Made by a program: the position numbers and the translations under genes. A stretch of DNA of 64,000 nt. It comes from an uncultured Anaerolinea sp. Lineage in GTDB: Bacteria > Chloroflexota > Anaerolineae > Anaerolineales > UBA4823. The stretch covers positions 35,377 through 99,376 of the forward strand of contig CAZQQJ010000004.1 of the NCBI GenBank assembly GCA_964595435.1, read 5' to 3'. This document shows positions 37,720-45,888 of this stretch, piece after piece; the first letter of the stretch is position 1; every line of letters starts with the position of its first letter. Below the pieces are notes generated by a model. It was not told the DNA's origin, did no database searches, and worked only from the letters and a program-made list of their open reading frames with translations.

Positions 37720-38238
37720 ATGAGTAGGACTGAACAAAACTTCTGGCTCGATGTGACCATCTTTGTGACTCTTCTAATGACAACCCTAACAGGTTTTATT
37801 TTATGGCTTGTTATCCCCCACAAATGGGATATTGTTTTTCTAGGATTTTCCCGCAGCGTGTGGGTAGCTGCCCATATCTGTTTTGGGATGGTGGGTCTCG
37901 CCGGTATTGTGATGCACATTGTCTGGCACTGGGGGTGGCTCAAGGCCTTACGCGGACGCCCTCTCAGCAGGATACCGGAAAAGCTGCGTGCCAATCGTGT
38001 TGTGGATAGGATCATGTGGATTACCTATATCGCGACGAACGTATTCGGTGTAATCGCATGGGCGTTCCGCTTCGGCGATGACATTTATGTTGTGAGGGTT
38101 CCAGATCGCCTGCATGTAGCGTTTGGAGTCGCGTGGACAATCCTTACGATTGCGCATCTTGCATTGCACGGGAAGTGGATTACATCCACTACCCAACGCT
38201 ACATAGTCCCTGGTCTCGGTCGTTCAAGTCAAATTTGA
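37720..38238 (+). CDS. membrane protein (DUF4405-like, tentative)
   Basis: The start is taken at ATG 37720 after AAGAGG. It has 4 TM helices with conserved His residues (AAHICFG, VMHIVWHWGW, IAHLALHG), suggesting a b-type-cytochrome-like fold. Confidence 0.5.
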   Translation: MSRTEQNFWLDVTIFVTLLMTTLTGFILWLVIPHKWDIVFLGFSRSVWVAAHICFGMVGLAGIVMHIVWHWGWLKALRGRPLSRIPEKLRANRVVDRIMWITYIATNVFGVIAWAFRFGDDIYVVRVPDRLHVAFGVAWTILTIAHLALHGKWITSTTQRYIVPGLGRSSQI

Positions 38239-38274
38239 TGAACCCATCTATAACGTTCAAAGAAGAAGAAAAAG

Positions 38275-38676
38275 ATGAACACAAACAAACCGACTACCGG
38301 AATAGATCCAAAGGTAAAACTTTCATTGCTTTGGATATTTGTAGTACTGCTTATGGTTTATGCGGATATTGTTTCTTTACTGGATCCCACATCTCCAATC
38401 CGCGAAGTAATGGGGGGATCTCCATTGCCCGCGGGCGGTTTGATGGCGGGCGCAGTATTAATGATAGCTTCAATTTCCCCGGTTATGCTGTCCTGGGTAT
38501 TGAGCTACAAAGTAAATCGCTGGGTAACCATCATCATTGGTGTCTACATGATTGTACATATCGTTATAGGCGGGCACGGTTTGTATTATGTGTTGTTTGA
38601 AACAGTGGAAGTTGCATTTATATTACTCACTATCTGGTTTACCTGGAAGTGGAAACCGGTAGTTGAACCTATTTGA
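38275..38676 (+). CDS. small membrane protein (DUF6326-like, tentative)
   Basis: 133 aa with 4 TM helices. The KVKLSLLWIFVVLLMVYADIVSLLDP opening matches my recollection of that family. Confidence 0.45.
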   Translation: MNTNKPTTGIDPKVKLSLLWIFVVLLMVYADIVSLLDPTSPIREVMGGSPLPAGGLMAGAVLMIASISPVMLSWVLSYKVNRWVTIIIGVYMIVHIVIGGHGLYYVLFETVEVAFILLTIWFTWKWKPVVEPI

Positions 38677-38683
38677 GCACAAT

Positions 38684-38747
38684 AAAAAGCTGTAGGGGCG
38701 GATGGCATCCGCCCGCCACACAAAACGGTTCATACCAAATAAGGAGA
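38684..38747 (+). repeat. 64-nt conserved leader element, copy B
   Basis: See copy A. The central palindrome is GGGCGGATG-G-CATCCGCCC. Confidence 0.75.
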
Positions 38748-38753
38748 TGCAAA

Positions 38754-39473
38754 ATGAATTCAACTCGCAAGATTGCCGTGATTACAGGTGTGCTTTTCAT
38801 CGCTGCCACGTTAACCGGCCCCATCCTGGCTACGCCACTCACACCAGATCGAACCGCTGCGGACTACCTCACCCGCTTCTCTGTAGATACGAGCCAAACA
38901 GCCGCGGGCGTGTTATTCTGGATCATCAGCGCTTTTACCGGCGCCGGCATCGCCATCGCCATGTATCCGATTCTCAGGCATCAGAATGTAGGCCTGGCAC
39001 TCGGATCGGTCATCTTCAGAACCACGGAGGCGACCTTTTACCTGGTAGAAAAGGTGTGCCTGCTGTCCCTGATGACACTCGGCCAGCAGTTCAGAAGCGC
39101 GGGAGCTGCTGATCGCACCGTGCTCCAGGCGATTGGCAACTTGTTAGTGAGTGTAGACAGCCATGCCGCGCTGGTGGCAGTGTTTGCCTTTTGCGTAGGC
39201 GCATATATGTATTACTATCAGCTCTTCCAGTCACGGCTCATTCCCCGCTGGCTGTCGGGCTTCGGTATCGTAGCGATTACCATGCTGATGGCAGCATGCG
39301 TGTTGGCCTTGTTTAGCGGCAACCTAATTACCAGCTACATTCCCCTGGCGTTTCCCATTTTTCTGCAGGAACTGGTTCTGGCGGTTTGGCTGATCGTTAA
39401 AGGATTCAATCCATCCGCGATCGCTTCTCTGCCTACGAAAACAGAGACGAACTGGCTTTTGAGCGCGGCATAG
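38754..39473 (+). CDS. DUF4386-like membrane protein
   Basis: The start is taken at ATG 38754 after AAGGAGA. It has 6 TM helices. The IPRWLSGFG and FLQELVLAVWLIVKGFN blocks fit DUF4386 as I recall it. Confidence 0.6.
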   Translation: MNSTRKIAVITGVLFIAATLTGPILATPLTPDRTAADYLTRFSVDTSQTAAGVLFWIISAFTGAGIAIAMYPILRHQNVGLALGSVIFRTTEATFYLVEKVCLLSLMTLGQQFRSAGAADRTVLQAIGNLLVSVDSHAALVAVFAFCVGAYMYYYQLFQSRLIPRWLSGFGIVAITMLMAACVLALFSGNLITSYIPLAFPIFLQELVLAVWLIVKGFNPSAIASLPTKTETNWLLSAA

Positions 39474-39598
39474 ATTTGCACTATCGGGGAGAGGGAGGGC
39501 TGAAGGCCCTCCCCCCAACCCTCTCGCCCAGCTTCATGTTAATGCTCGTGGGATAGACTTTAAAAAGCAGACAAAACACATTACGAGGAGAAAGCAAA

Positions 39599-40075
39599 GT
39601 GTTAAAAAAAGGTTCGATCGTTCTATCAATATGGTGCGGCATCAACTTTATCCTCGCCTTTACCATATTGTGCTATGTCATCGTTCTCCAAGAGGACTCC
39701 CCGATTTTGCAGGTGGCTTCTTTCTCAGAAGCTGAAATTGCCAGCCTCAGTGCCAAGACCGTTGCAGCGCTCAACTGTTTTACAATCCTATACAACTCTT
39801 GCTCGCTGGTTATCTCGGTACTGACGTGGCCGCTCATCCGCAAAAACCTGGTCGCCGGTCAAAAATCGGCTTTTTGGATGTTACTGTTTGTGATCGGCTT
39901 TGTGGAAGTGATGGCATTTTTGGCTTCTTCATTTATTAAGCATGGGCGTTGGCAGGTGAATGTCCTTCAGAGCACACTTTATGTTGTGGGAATTGGTTTG
40001 TGTGTATATCCCATACTCAAACCCAAAACAGAAGGCATGATTAAACAGCAGAATAAGGATGTGGTTCTCACATGA
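39599..40075 (+). CDS. 4-TM membrane protein, unknown function
   Basis: 158 aa with a GTG start 8 nt after GAGGAG. Its stop overlaps the next gene's start (ATGA). Confidence 0.45.
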   Translation: MLKKGSIVLSIWCGINFILAFTILCYVIVLQEDSPILQVASFSEAEIASLSAKTVAALNCFTILYNSCSLVISVLTWPLIRKNLVAGQKSAFWMLLFVIGFVEVMAFLASSFIKHGRWQVNVLQSTLYVVGIGLCVYPILKPKTEGMIKQQNKDVVLT

Positions 40076-41049
40076 AAGCGATTGTCTGCACAAAATATGG
40101 TTCACCAGATGTTCTTCAGATCCAAGAGGTTGCAAGACCCGCTCCGAAAGATGATGAAGTACTGATCAGAATTCATGCAGCATCCATTAATTCCCGCGAT
40201 TGGCGCCTTATGAGAGCAAACCCGTTCTTTATCCGCCTGGTGCCGGGAGGTTTTCTGCAACCCAAAAACAAGATATTGGGGGGTGATGTAGCCGGGCGGG
40301 TTGAGGTGATTGGCAGTAAGGTCAAGCAGTTTAAGCCAGGCGATGAAGTTTTCGGGTACTTACCTGGTGCAACCGGTCGTGGCACTTTCGCCGAGTATGT
40401 ATGCGCCAGTGAAAAAGCAATAACACTGAAACCAGCCAACCTAACGTTCGAACAGGCGGCGGCTGTACCTGTAGCGGCGATGACCGCCTTGCAGGGATTA
40501 CGCGACAATGGAAACATTCAACCAGGGCAAAAGGTTTTAATTAATGGCGCATCTGGTGGTGTGGGAACTTTTGCCGTGCAGATCGCCAAAGCGTTTGGGG
40601 CTGAAGTCACCGCGGTGTGCAGCACGAGAAATCTGGAAATGGTGCGCTCCCTTGGGGCAGACCATGTCATCGATTACACGCGAGAAGATTTCACCAAAAA
40701 CAGGCAGCAGTGCGATCTGATCCTGGCTGTGAACGGATATTATCCGATTTCAGATTATCTGCGGGCATTAAAACCGAAAGGAAGATATGTCGTCGTTGGC
40801 GGTTCGATGTTTCAACTCGCCCAGGCGGCAAGCAATGGGAAAAAAGTTTCCAAGGTCGGGAGCCAGAAAATTTATATCGTATCGCTGGTACAAAGCCAAA
40901 AAGATCTGATCCTTATTAAAGAACTCCTTGAATCCGAGAAAATCATGCCGGTCATCGATGGATGTTACCCGCTAAGTAAAACTCCTGAAGCCTTCTGGTA
41001 TTTCGAGAAAGCGCATCCCCAGGGAAAAATCGTTATAAGTGTGGTCTGA
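40072..41049 (+). CDS. MDR-superfamily NAD(P)H-dependent (quinone) oxidoreductase
   Basis: 325 aa. The opening is MKAIVCTKYGSPDVLQIQEV, the Rossmann motif is INGASGGVGTFAVQIAK, and the length is zeta-crystallin-like. Confidence 0.8.
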   Translation: MKAIVCTKYGSPDVLQIQEVARPAPKDDEVLIRIHAASINSRDWRLMRANPFFIRLVPGGFLQPKNKILGGDVAGRVEVIGSKVKQFKPGDEVFGYLPGATGRGTFAEYVCASEKAITLKPANLTFEQAAAVPVAAMTALQGLRDNGNIQPGQKVLINGASGGVGTFAVQIAKAFGAEVTAVCSTRNLEMVRSLGADHVIDYTREDFTKNRQQCDLILAVNGYYPISDYLRALKPKGRYVVVGGSMFQLAQAASNGKKVSKVGSQKIYIVSLVQSQKDLILIKELLESEKIMPVIDGCYPLSKTPEAFWYFEKAHPQGKIVISVV

Positions 41050-41222
41050 TCTCTTCGGCTGAGTACCGGGATAATGAAGAATCAGAACCTGACGAACCCT
41101 GGTTTACTCTTGATAAATTGGTGTGGAGTCGGACCTTCAACTAAGCGATGATGAGACAAGTTAATGTGGTTAGGAATAGATAACGCCAGCATTACTTGAC
41201 GATTTCAGAGAGGGGGATTATT

Positions 41223-41504
41223 CTACTCGATCTTGGCCTTCTTGCTGCCCTTCGTATGCCGTTGCGCTTTGCGCCGCTCTTTCTCCGAAGAATGATCTCT
41301 CACCACCCGCTTTGTCGCATTAGCCTTGATCGTCGGCTTGCCTTGCTCCCCCTTGAGCCGGTTGTTTTCATCTCGCAATTGCTGTATCTCTGCCTGTGCA
41401 TCGCGCAAGTCAGCGCTCAGCTTCTCGATCAGATTCAGCAGCCGCACGATCAGCTCACGAGCATTCTCGTCTTGAATAGCGTTGAGGTCAAGATTGTCCA
41501 GCAT
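41223..41504 (-). pseudogene. N-terminal leucine-zipper fragment of a transposase (IS66-like, tentative)
   Basis: The 93-aa ORF has a coiled coil LLNLIEKLSADLRDAQAEIQQLRDENNRLKGEQGKP followed by a basic tail. No catalytic domain follows. It abuts the truncation point of the methyltransferase fragment. Confidence 0.4.
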
Positions 41505-41563
41505 AAGCGCTGTAGTTTACCCGTTACTTCACATTTGGGGAAGAGGGCAATTTCTTCCCCGGT

Positions 41564-41911
41564 TTATTGAGATGATACCACGGTAGCAATAAACGAGAAA
41601 TCTGCCCCCACGTTGAAGGGTGGGTCAATGTAAATCAAGTTCACCTTACCGACAAATTCGTCCAGCAGGGCGGGCAGCACGTATTTCTTGTCGCCCCACA
41701 CCAGGCGGTTACGCCACTCGTCCGCTGGGGCAGTGCTGAACAGGTTCATCTGAGGGTGCTGGCGGCTTTCGTTGATGGTTTCGACGGTCTGGAAGGGCAG
41801 CTTGAGGCGCAGCGGGGCAACGCGGCGGCCGTAAGTATCGTATTTGCCCTGCCAGATCAGCTCGGTGCGCATTTGGGAAAGGGGGTGAGGGTTATCGGGA
41901 CCGTAGGTCAT
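41564..41911 (-). pseudogene. N-terminal fragment of a DNA (adenine-N6/cytosine-N4) methyltransferase, type III Mod-like
   Basis: The 115-aa ORF has LIWQGKYD...LPFQTVETIN and the catalytic-motif-IV context NLIYIDPPFNVGADF. It terminates about 10 codons after the motif, whereas full enzymes are several-fold longer. Confidence 0.6.
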
Positions 41912-42025
41912 GTGATGATCCTGTTTAGAATTTGGCTTTCTTTAGGTGTGTATCGAGAAGAAATACGCCGGTGAGATCAGCGCCGTGCAAGTCGGCATAA
42001 TTCAGGTCGGCCCGGGTTTGTTCTT

Positions 42026-42430
42026 TCATTTGCCTTTACCTTCAAGGTCAACCAGAGCGCGTATTTGAGCCAGGATTTTACGCTGGTCTTCTTCGCTCAG
42101 CTTCCCAAAGAGCAGCAATAATTCGGTTTCCAACATCGAAAGGGCCGATGGTTCAATCCCCTGTATATATCGTTCAGGAAAGAAATACAGGATTGACTTA
42201 TCCAATGCATTTGCAAAATAGATCAACTCACTGGATGTGATTTCGTGCTGGCCGTCTTCGATCATTTGCAGCACATTTTGGGGCCGAATGTATGCAAGCC
42301 TGGCTAATTCGTCCAGGCTTAGTCCGGCCTCTATGCGGGCCTGACGGATGCGTTCACCCATGCCTGTGGTGAAATTGTTGGGGATATTTTGGTCGTCTAA
42401 AATGGATTTGATTATGCGGTTGATGCCCAT
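42026..42430 (-). CDS. XRE-family helix-turn-helix regulator
   Basis: 134 aa with HTH core MGERIRQARIEAGLSLDELARLAYIRPQNVLQMIEDGQHEIT. Confidence 0.75.
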   Translation of the reverse strand: MGINRIIKSILDDQNIPNNFTTGMGERIRQARIEAGLSLDELARLAYIRPQNVLQMIEDGQHEITSSELIYFANALDKSILYFFPERYIQGIEPSALSMLETELLLLFGKLSEEDQRKILAQIRALVDLEGKGK

Positions 42431-42461
42431 ATCGTTACGTCAGCGAAAGGATTGTTGAGAT

Positions 42462-43655
42462 GAGAGCGTTCGATAACTCGAAATTCGCACATTAAAAAGG
42501 TTGACTACTCCGGTAGATGGCGTAAGATGAAGGTTCGAACCAAATCTTTCGCATACAGGAGTAGTCAGAATGAAGTGTATCACATTTGGGCTGCAAAACC
42601 TTTTGCAGAGGATTGTACCCCAGGTCGATCTGGCGCCTTTGACTGGAAAGCCGACCGGCAAACTGCGCTTGAGCCCTGAGCAACTGTTGACCGTCATCCA
42701 GGCCGAGACCCTGGCCGAATGGGCACTTGGGATGGCGCACCGGCTGCTTCCCCGGGCGCTGACCGCGGGGCGGGGTGGCCGGCCGCAGTTGTACTGCGAC
42801 CGCAGCATTTTGCTGATGGCGCTGGTTCAAATCGTGTGGCGCAAATCCTATGAACAAATCGTGGACTATGTCGCCACACACCCGGAGCTGGCCCTGGCCC
42901 TGGGCTTTCCACAGGCCACCATTTGCAAAGGCCGTTACTGGGAGCGTCGCATGGCTTTGGGTTTGCTGCCCTTCCTGTTCTTCTTCTTGGGACTGGCTGG
43001 CCAACTCATACGGCTGGGTGTGATTACGGGTAAGGCGCTGATTGTCGATTCGACCCTGCTTTCGGCCTGGTATCATGCGGATCCTGGGGCCACCTGGCAG
43101 AAATATGCCAAGAAAAAGGCGGTGTTCGGGTATAAAGTGCATGCTGTGCTGTGCCAGACGAGCAACTTGCCGGTCTTCGTGCTGGTCACCCCGGCGCATG
43201 TGCATGACTCGCTGGTCGGCTGGTTCATCGTCCTGGTGGCGGCCGTACTGTACGGGTTTCGCGTGCTGGTGGTGTATGCCGATGCGGCCTATTTTGACCG
43301 CCGCTTCTTCCACATCGTCCAGGAAATCCTGGGCGCTCATCCCGCCGTGGACTACAACTTGCGTCGGGCTGGCAAACGCAAGTTGGCGACCTTGTTCTTC
43401 CTGGGCCAATGGCGCCGCCTGGTGACCACGCCGCGCAGTGACATCGAACGGCATTTCGCCTGGATGAAACGCTATTTCGGATTGAAGTATTTTCAATGCT
43501 ACTCCTGGCTGCGCGTGACGCAATTTGTTTTGCTGACTTATTGTGCCGCTTTGGCGGTGGCGGTCGCTGCTCAACGGTATCAACGCCCAGAGTTGATCCG
43601 CCGCCGCGCCATGGTCCTGGCACAAGTGTGATTAGTTGAGTTATCGAACGCTTTC
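42462..43655 (+). mobile_element. intact IS element (IS4/IS5-superfamily DDE transposase)
   Basis: The 18-bp terminal inverted repeats match at 17/18: GAGAGCGTTCGATAACTC at 42462..42479 against the reverse complement of 43638..43655. They are flanked by a 5-bp direct repeat GAGAT (42457..42461 and 43656..43660). Length is 1194 bp with a single transposase ORF. Confidence 0.8.
42570..43631 (+). CDS. DDE transposase
   Basis: 353 aa. The DDE_Tnp_1-like triad contexts are LIVDSTLL, VVYADAAYF and SDIERHFAWMKRYFGL. Confidence 0.8.
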   Translation: MKCITFGLQNLLQRIVPQVDLAPLTGKPTGKLRLSPEQLLTVIQAETLAEWALGMAHRLLPRALTAGRGGRPQLYCDRSILLMALVQIVWRKSYEQIVDYVATHPELALALGFPQATICKGRYWERRMALGLLPFLFFFLGLAGQLIRLGVITGKALIVDSTLLSAWYHADPGATWQKYAKKKAVFGYKVHAVLCQTSNLPVFVLVTPAHVHDSLVGWFIVLVAAVLYGFRVLVVYADAAYFDRRFFHIVQEILGAHPAVDYNLRRAGKRKLATLFFLGQWRRLVTTPRSDIERHFAWMKRYFGLKYFQCYSWLRVTQFVLLTYCAALAVAVAAQRYQRPELIRRRAMVLAQV

Positions 43656-43744
43656 GAGATAACAAAAGCGCCCGGCCTCTTGCGGAGACCGGGCGCTTGG
43701 TTTACAATTATGTTGCTGAGGCGTCCATCCCACGCTGAGGCCAG

Positions 43745-43781
43745 ACCTCGCCGGCGGCTACCGGGCGAGGTTTTCTTTTTT
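43745..43781 (+). terminator. intrinsic terminator-like hairpin with T-run
   Basis: ACCTCGCC...GGCGAGGT stem followed by TTTCTTTTTT. No annotated plus-strand gene ends here apart from the IS. Confidence 0.45.
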
Positions 43782-44005
43782 GTTGAGGATATGATAATCC
43801 AGGAGGGGGGTTCGCTCAAGGGAAGCGCTCTGTGTCTGGGCTGAAATTTACAAGGAAATGGCTCTTTACTCCCGCTGAAGGAACGGCTCGCGGAGGCGCG
43901 TGCCTCAGGCGGTAATCCGGCCTGACGAGCACCATCCCGGCAGGCCGGCGTCCTTTGGCAGGGCTTAGAAACCTAGCTTCCAATGCCCCCGGCCGGATCT
44001 ACAAA

Positions 44006-44278
44006 TTACCGCCGCACCAGCGGCAGATACAGGCGTATTTCCGCCGCGGCGCACAGGTAGCCGGCGCACAGCGAGTAGTTCGAAGCGGCGTTCGCCGCCG
44101 CCACAGGCTGGCCGGCAGCGCTCTCCAGAACGTAGCCGGCGCCGGCCTGCCGCCCGCCGCCGGCCAGCACGTTCCACGACAGGTCGAAGCCGCTGGGAGA
44201 GCGGGCGGCAGCGTAAGCCGCCGGCAGCAGCAGCGCCAGCAGCAGGGCACAGGTCAGGATGATCCTGGTTCTTTTCAT
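44006..44278 (-). CDS. small secreted protein
   Basis: 90 aa with a signal peptide MKRTRIILTCALLLALLLPAAYAAA. It carries a repeated Y-x-L...GQP-type motif (YVLESAAGQP, YSLCAGYL). It lies 25 nt downstream of the beta-helix protein gene. Confidence 0.5.
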   Translation of the reverse strand: MKRTRIILTCALLLALLLPAAYAAARSPSGFDLSWNVLAGGGRQAGAGYVLESAAGQPVAAANAASNYSLCAGYLCAAAEIRLYLPLVRR

Positions 44279-44303
44279 AGTGGCCTCCGTTGCGCTGAAT
44301 CGG

Positions 44304-45662
44304 CTAAGGGCATGTGCTGGCGTAAAAGGTATAGTTCTCGTCGTACACCCCGGCGCAGGTCAGCGTGCCTTCGTTGTACACCGGGCCGCCATCCAGCAGC
44401 GTGGCGCCGATGCGGGTGGTGGTATACGAGTAGTTGCGGATCGTGTTCGTGCTGCCCGTCACCTGCGAGTTGCTGACTTTAACAGTCCACGCGCCGTTGA
44501 TGGCATAGTTGTAGATACCGTAGTTATTTGTCCCGCCGCTGGCGCGGATGACGCCGTTCTGGATCACCGGTGAAGAGCTAAAGTTGAAGATGCCAACATT
44601 GTCCGCTCCCCCCGAGGCGCTGGCGGTCAGGTCCGTCATCGCCGGAGAGGGGGCGTTGTAGTCGAGCACGGCGTAGTTGGACGTTCCCCCCGAGGCGCTG
44701 GCAGTGACGTGCGTCAGGCGCGGCGAGGCGGAATTGTTGTAGACGGCGATGGCCCAGTCCGCCCCGCCCGTGTTTTCCACCGTCAGGAAGCGCAGCTCGG
44801 CGTTGCTGGCCCCGAACAGCGTGCCGCTCGTGTTGGACGCGCTGCCGGTGTAGGTGATCCGGGTGGCCAATTCGCCCGAGCCTTCGATGTCCACGTAGGG
44901 TTTCATCGTCACCTGCTCGCTGTAGATGCCCGGCATGACCCGCACCAGGTAGCGGTTGGTGTCGCCGGCATCCGTGATGGCGGCCAGGGCGGCGCTGATC
45001 GTGGCGTAGTTGCCGCCGCTCTTGGCCACAACCAGCACATTCTGGTAGCCGCCCGGCGCCCACTGCGCGCCGTCGTATTTCAGCATCTGCCCGCTGGTGG
45101 GCACCGTGGCGGAGACGGCCACTCCTTGCAGCTTTGTTACCGTGGTGCTGCCCTGCGTGCCGGTCACGTCGCCGGAGAGCGCCCCGCTGAAGAGGGCCGC
45201 CGTGCCGGCCTGCGAGCTGTACAGGGCGTAGGGCGCGGCGGTCAACGCCTGGCGCCCGAGGGAGGTGTAGCTGCCGCTGCCGGATGGACAGCGCACCGTC
45301 ACCGCCAGCCAGCGCGGGCTGCCGTCGAAGGCGGAGGTGCCATACTGGCCGCTGCCGTTCAGTTGGGCGCTGAACAGGCCGCTGCTGACGGCGCTGGTCA
45401 GGGTCTGGGTCACGCCAAGCTGCGTCCCCAGGCTGGAGGCGCTCCACAGCCCGAACTGGAAATCGCAGTTCCCGCTGACGGGCGAGCCGCTCTGCTTGAG
45501 CGAGCCCTGGTAGGTGAAGCCGCTGCCCAGGGCTGCCGCTGCCTGGGGCGCCGGGGGCGGTTCGGGCGTGCTGGCCTGGCCTTTGGCCTGGCTGTAGCCA
45601 AATCCAGCGATCACGGCCAGGATCGACAGAATGTGTACGAAGTAAATCCACCTGTTCTTCAT
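44304..45662 (-). CDS. secreted tail-fibre-like / right-handed beta-helix protein
   Basis: 452 aa with an N-terminal anchor/signal. An FTYQGSLKQSGSPVSGNCDFQFGLW module and a GDVTG...LQG...PTSGQMLKYDGAQWAP module are followed by a pectin-lyase-like repeat region (NYATISAALAAITDAGDTNRYLVRVMPGIY, repeated SASGG turns). Confidence 0.65.
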   Translation of the reverse strand: MKNRWIYFVHILSILAVIAGFGYSQAKGQASTPEPPPAPQAAAALGSGFTYQGSLKQSGSPVSGNCDFQFGLWSASSLGTQLGVTQTLTSAVSSGLFSAQLNGSGQYGTSAFDGSPRWLAVTVRCPSGSGSYTSLGRQALTAAPYALYSSQAGTAALFSGALSGDVTGTQGSTTVTKLQGVAVSATVPTSGQMLKYDGAQWAPGGYQNVLVVAKSGGNYATISAALAAITDAGDTNRYLVRVMPGIYSEQVTMKPYVDIEGSGELATRITYTGSASNTSGTLFGASNAELRFLTVENTGGADWAIAVYNNSASPRLTHVTASASGGTSNYAVLDYNAPSPAMTDLTASASGGADNVGIFNFSSSPVIQNGVIRASGGTNNYGIYNYAINGAWTVKVSNSQVTGSTNTIRNYSYTTTRIGATLLDGGPVYNEGTLTCAGVYDENYTFYASTCP

Positions 45663-45888
45663 TGTATTGCTCCTTATTTGATTGAATCATTGAGCGAGGA
45701 AAGAATGAATTTCATCCGGCCAGGAAGCGCTCGCTCTGCCTGGTTCGACTTCTCATTGGCATGCCGTGTGGCGACTAATTGGAAAAGTGAACGTTTCGAT
45801 AGCCGCCCTTATGGCTGGAGACGAGGATGAATAGGTTCATCTTACCGGAAAAACCGGGCGGAGTCAACTCGTGAATTGCAGTCTCGCC

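Noticed and set aside
42492-43625. 377-aa ORF antisense to the IS transposase
   Set aside because: It has no motifs. The plus strand carries the DDE triad and is framed by the inverted repeats in the expected orientation.
44578-45830. 370-aa (minus) and 373-aa (plus) alternative frames over the beta-helix protein gene
   Set aside because: Arg/Gly/Pro-rich junk composition. The chosen frame has a signal/anchor sequence and coherent repeat architecture.
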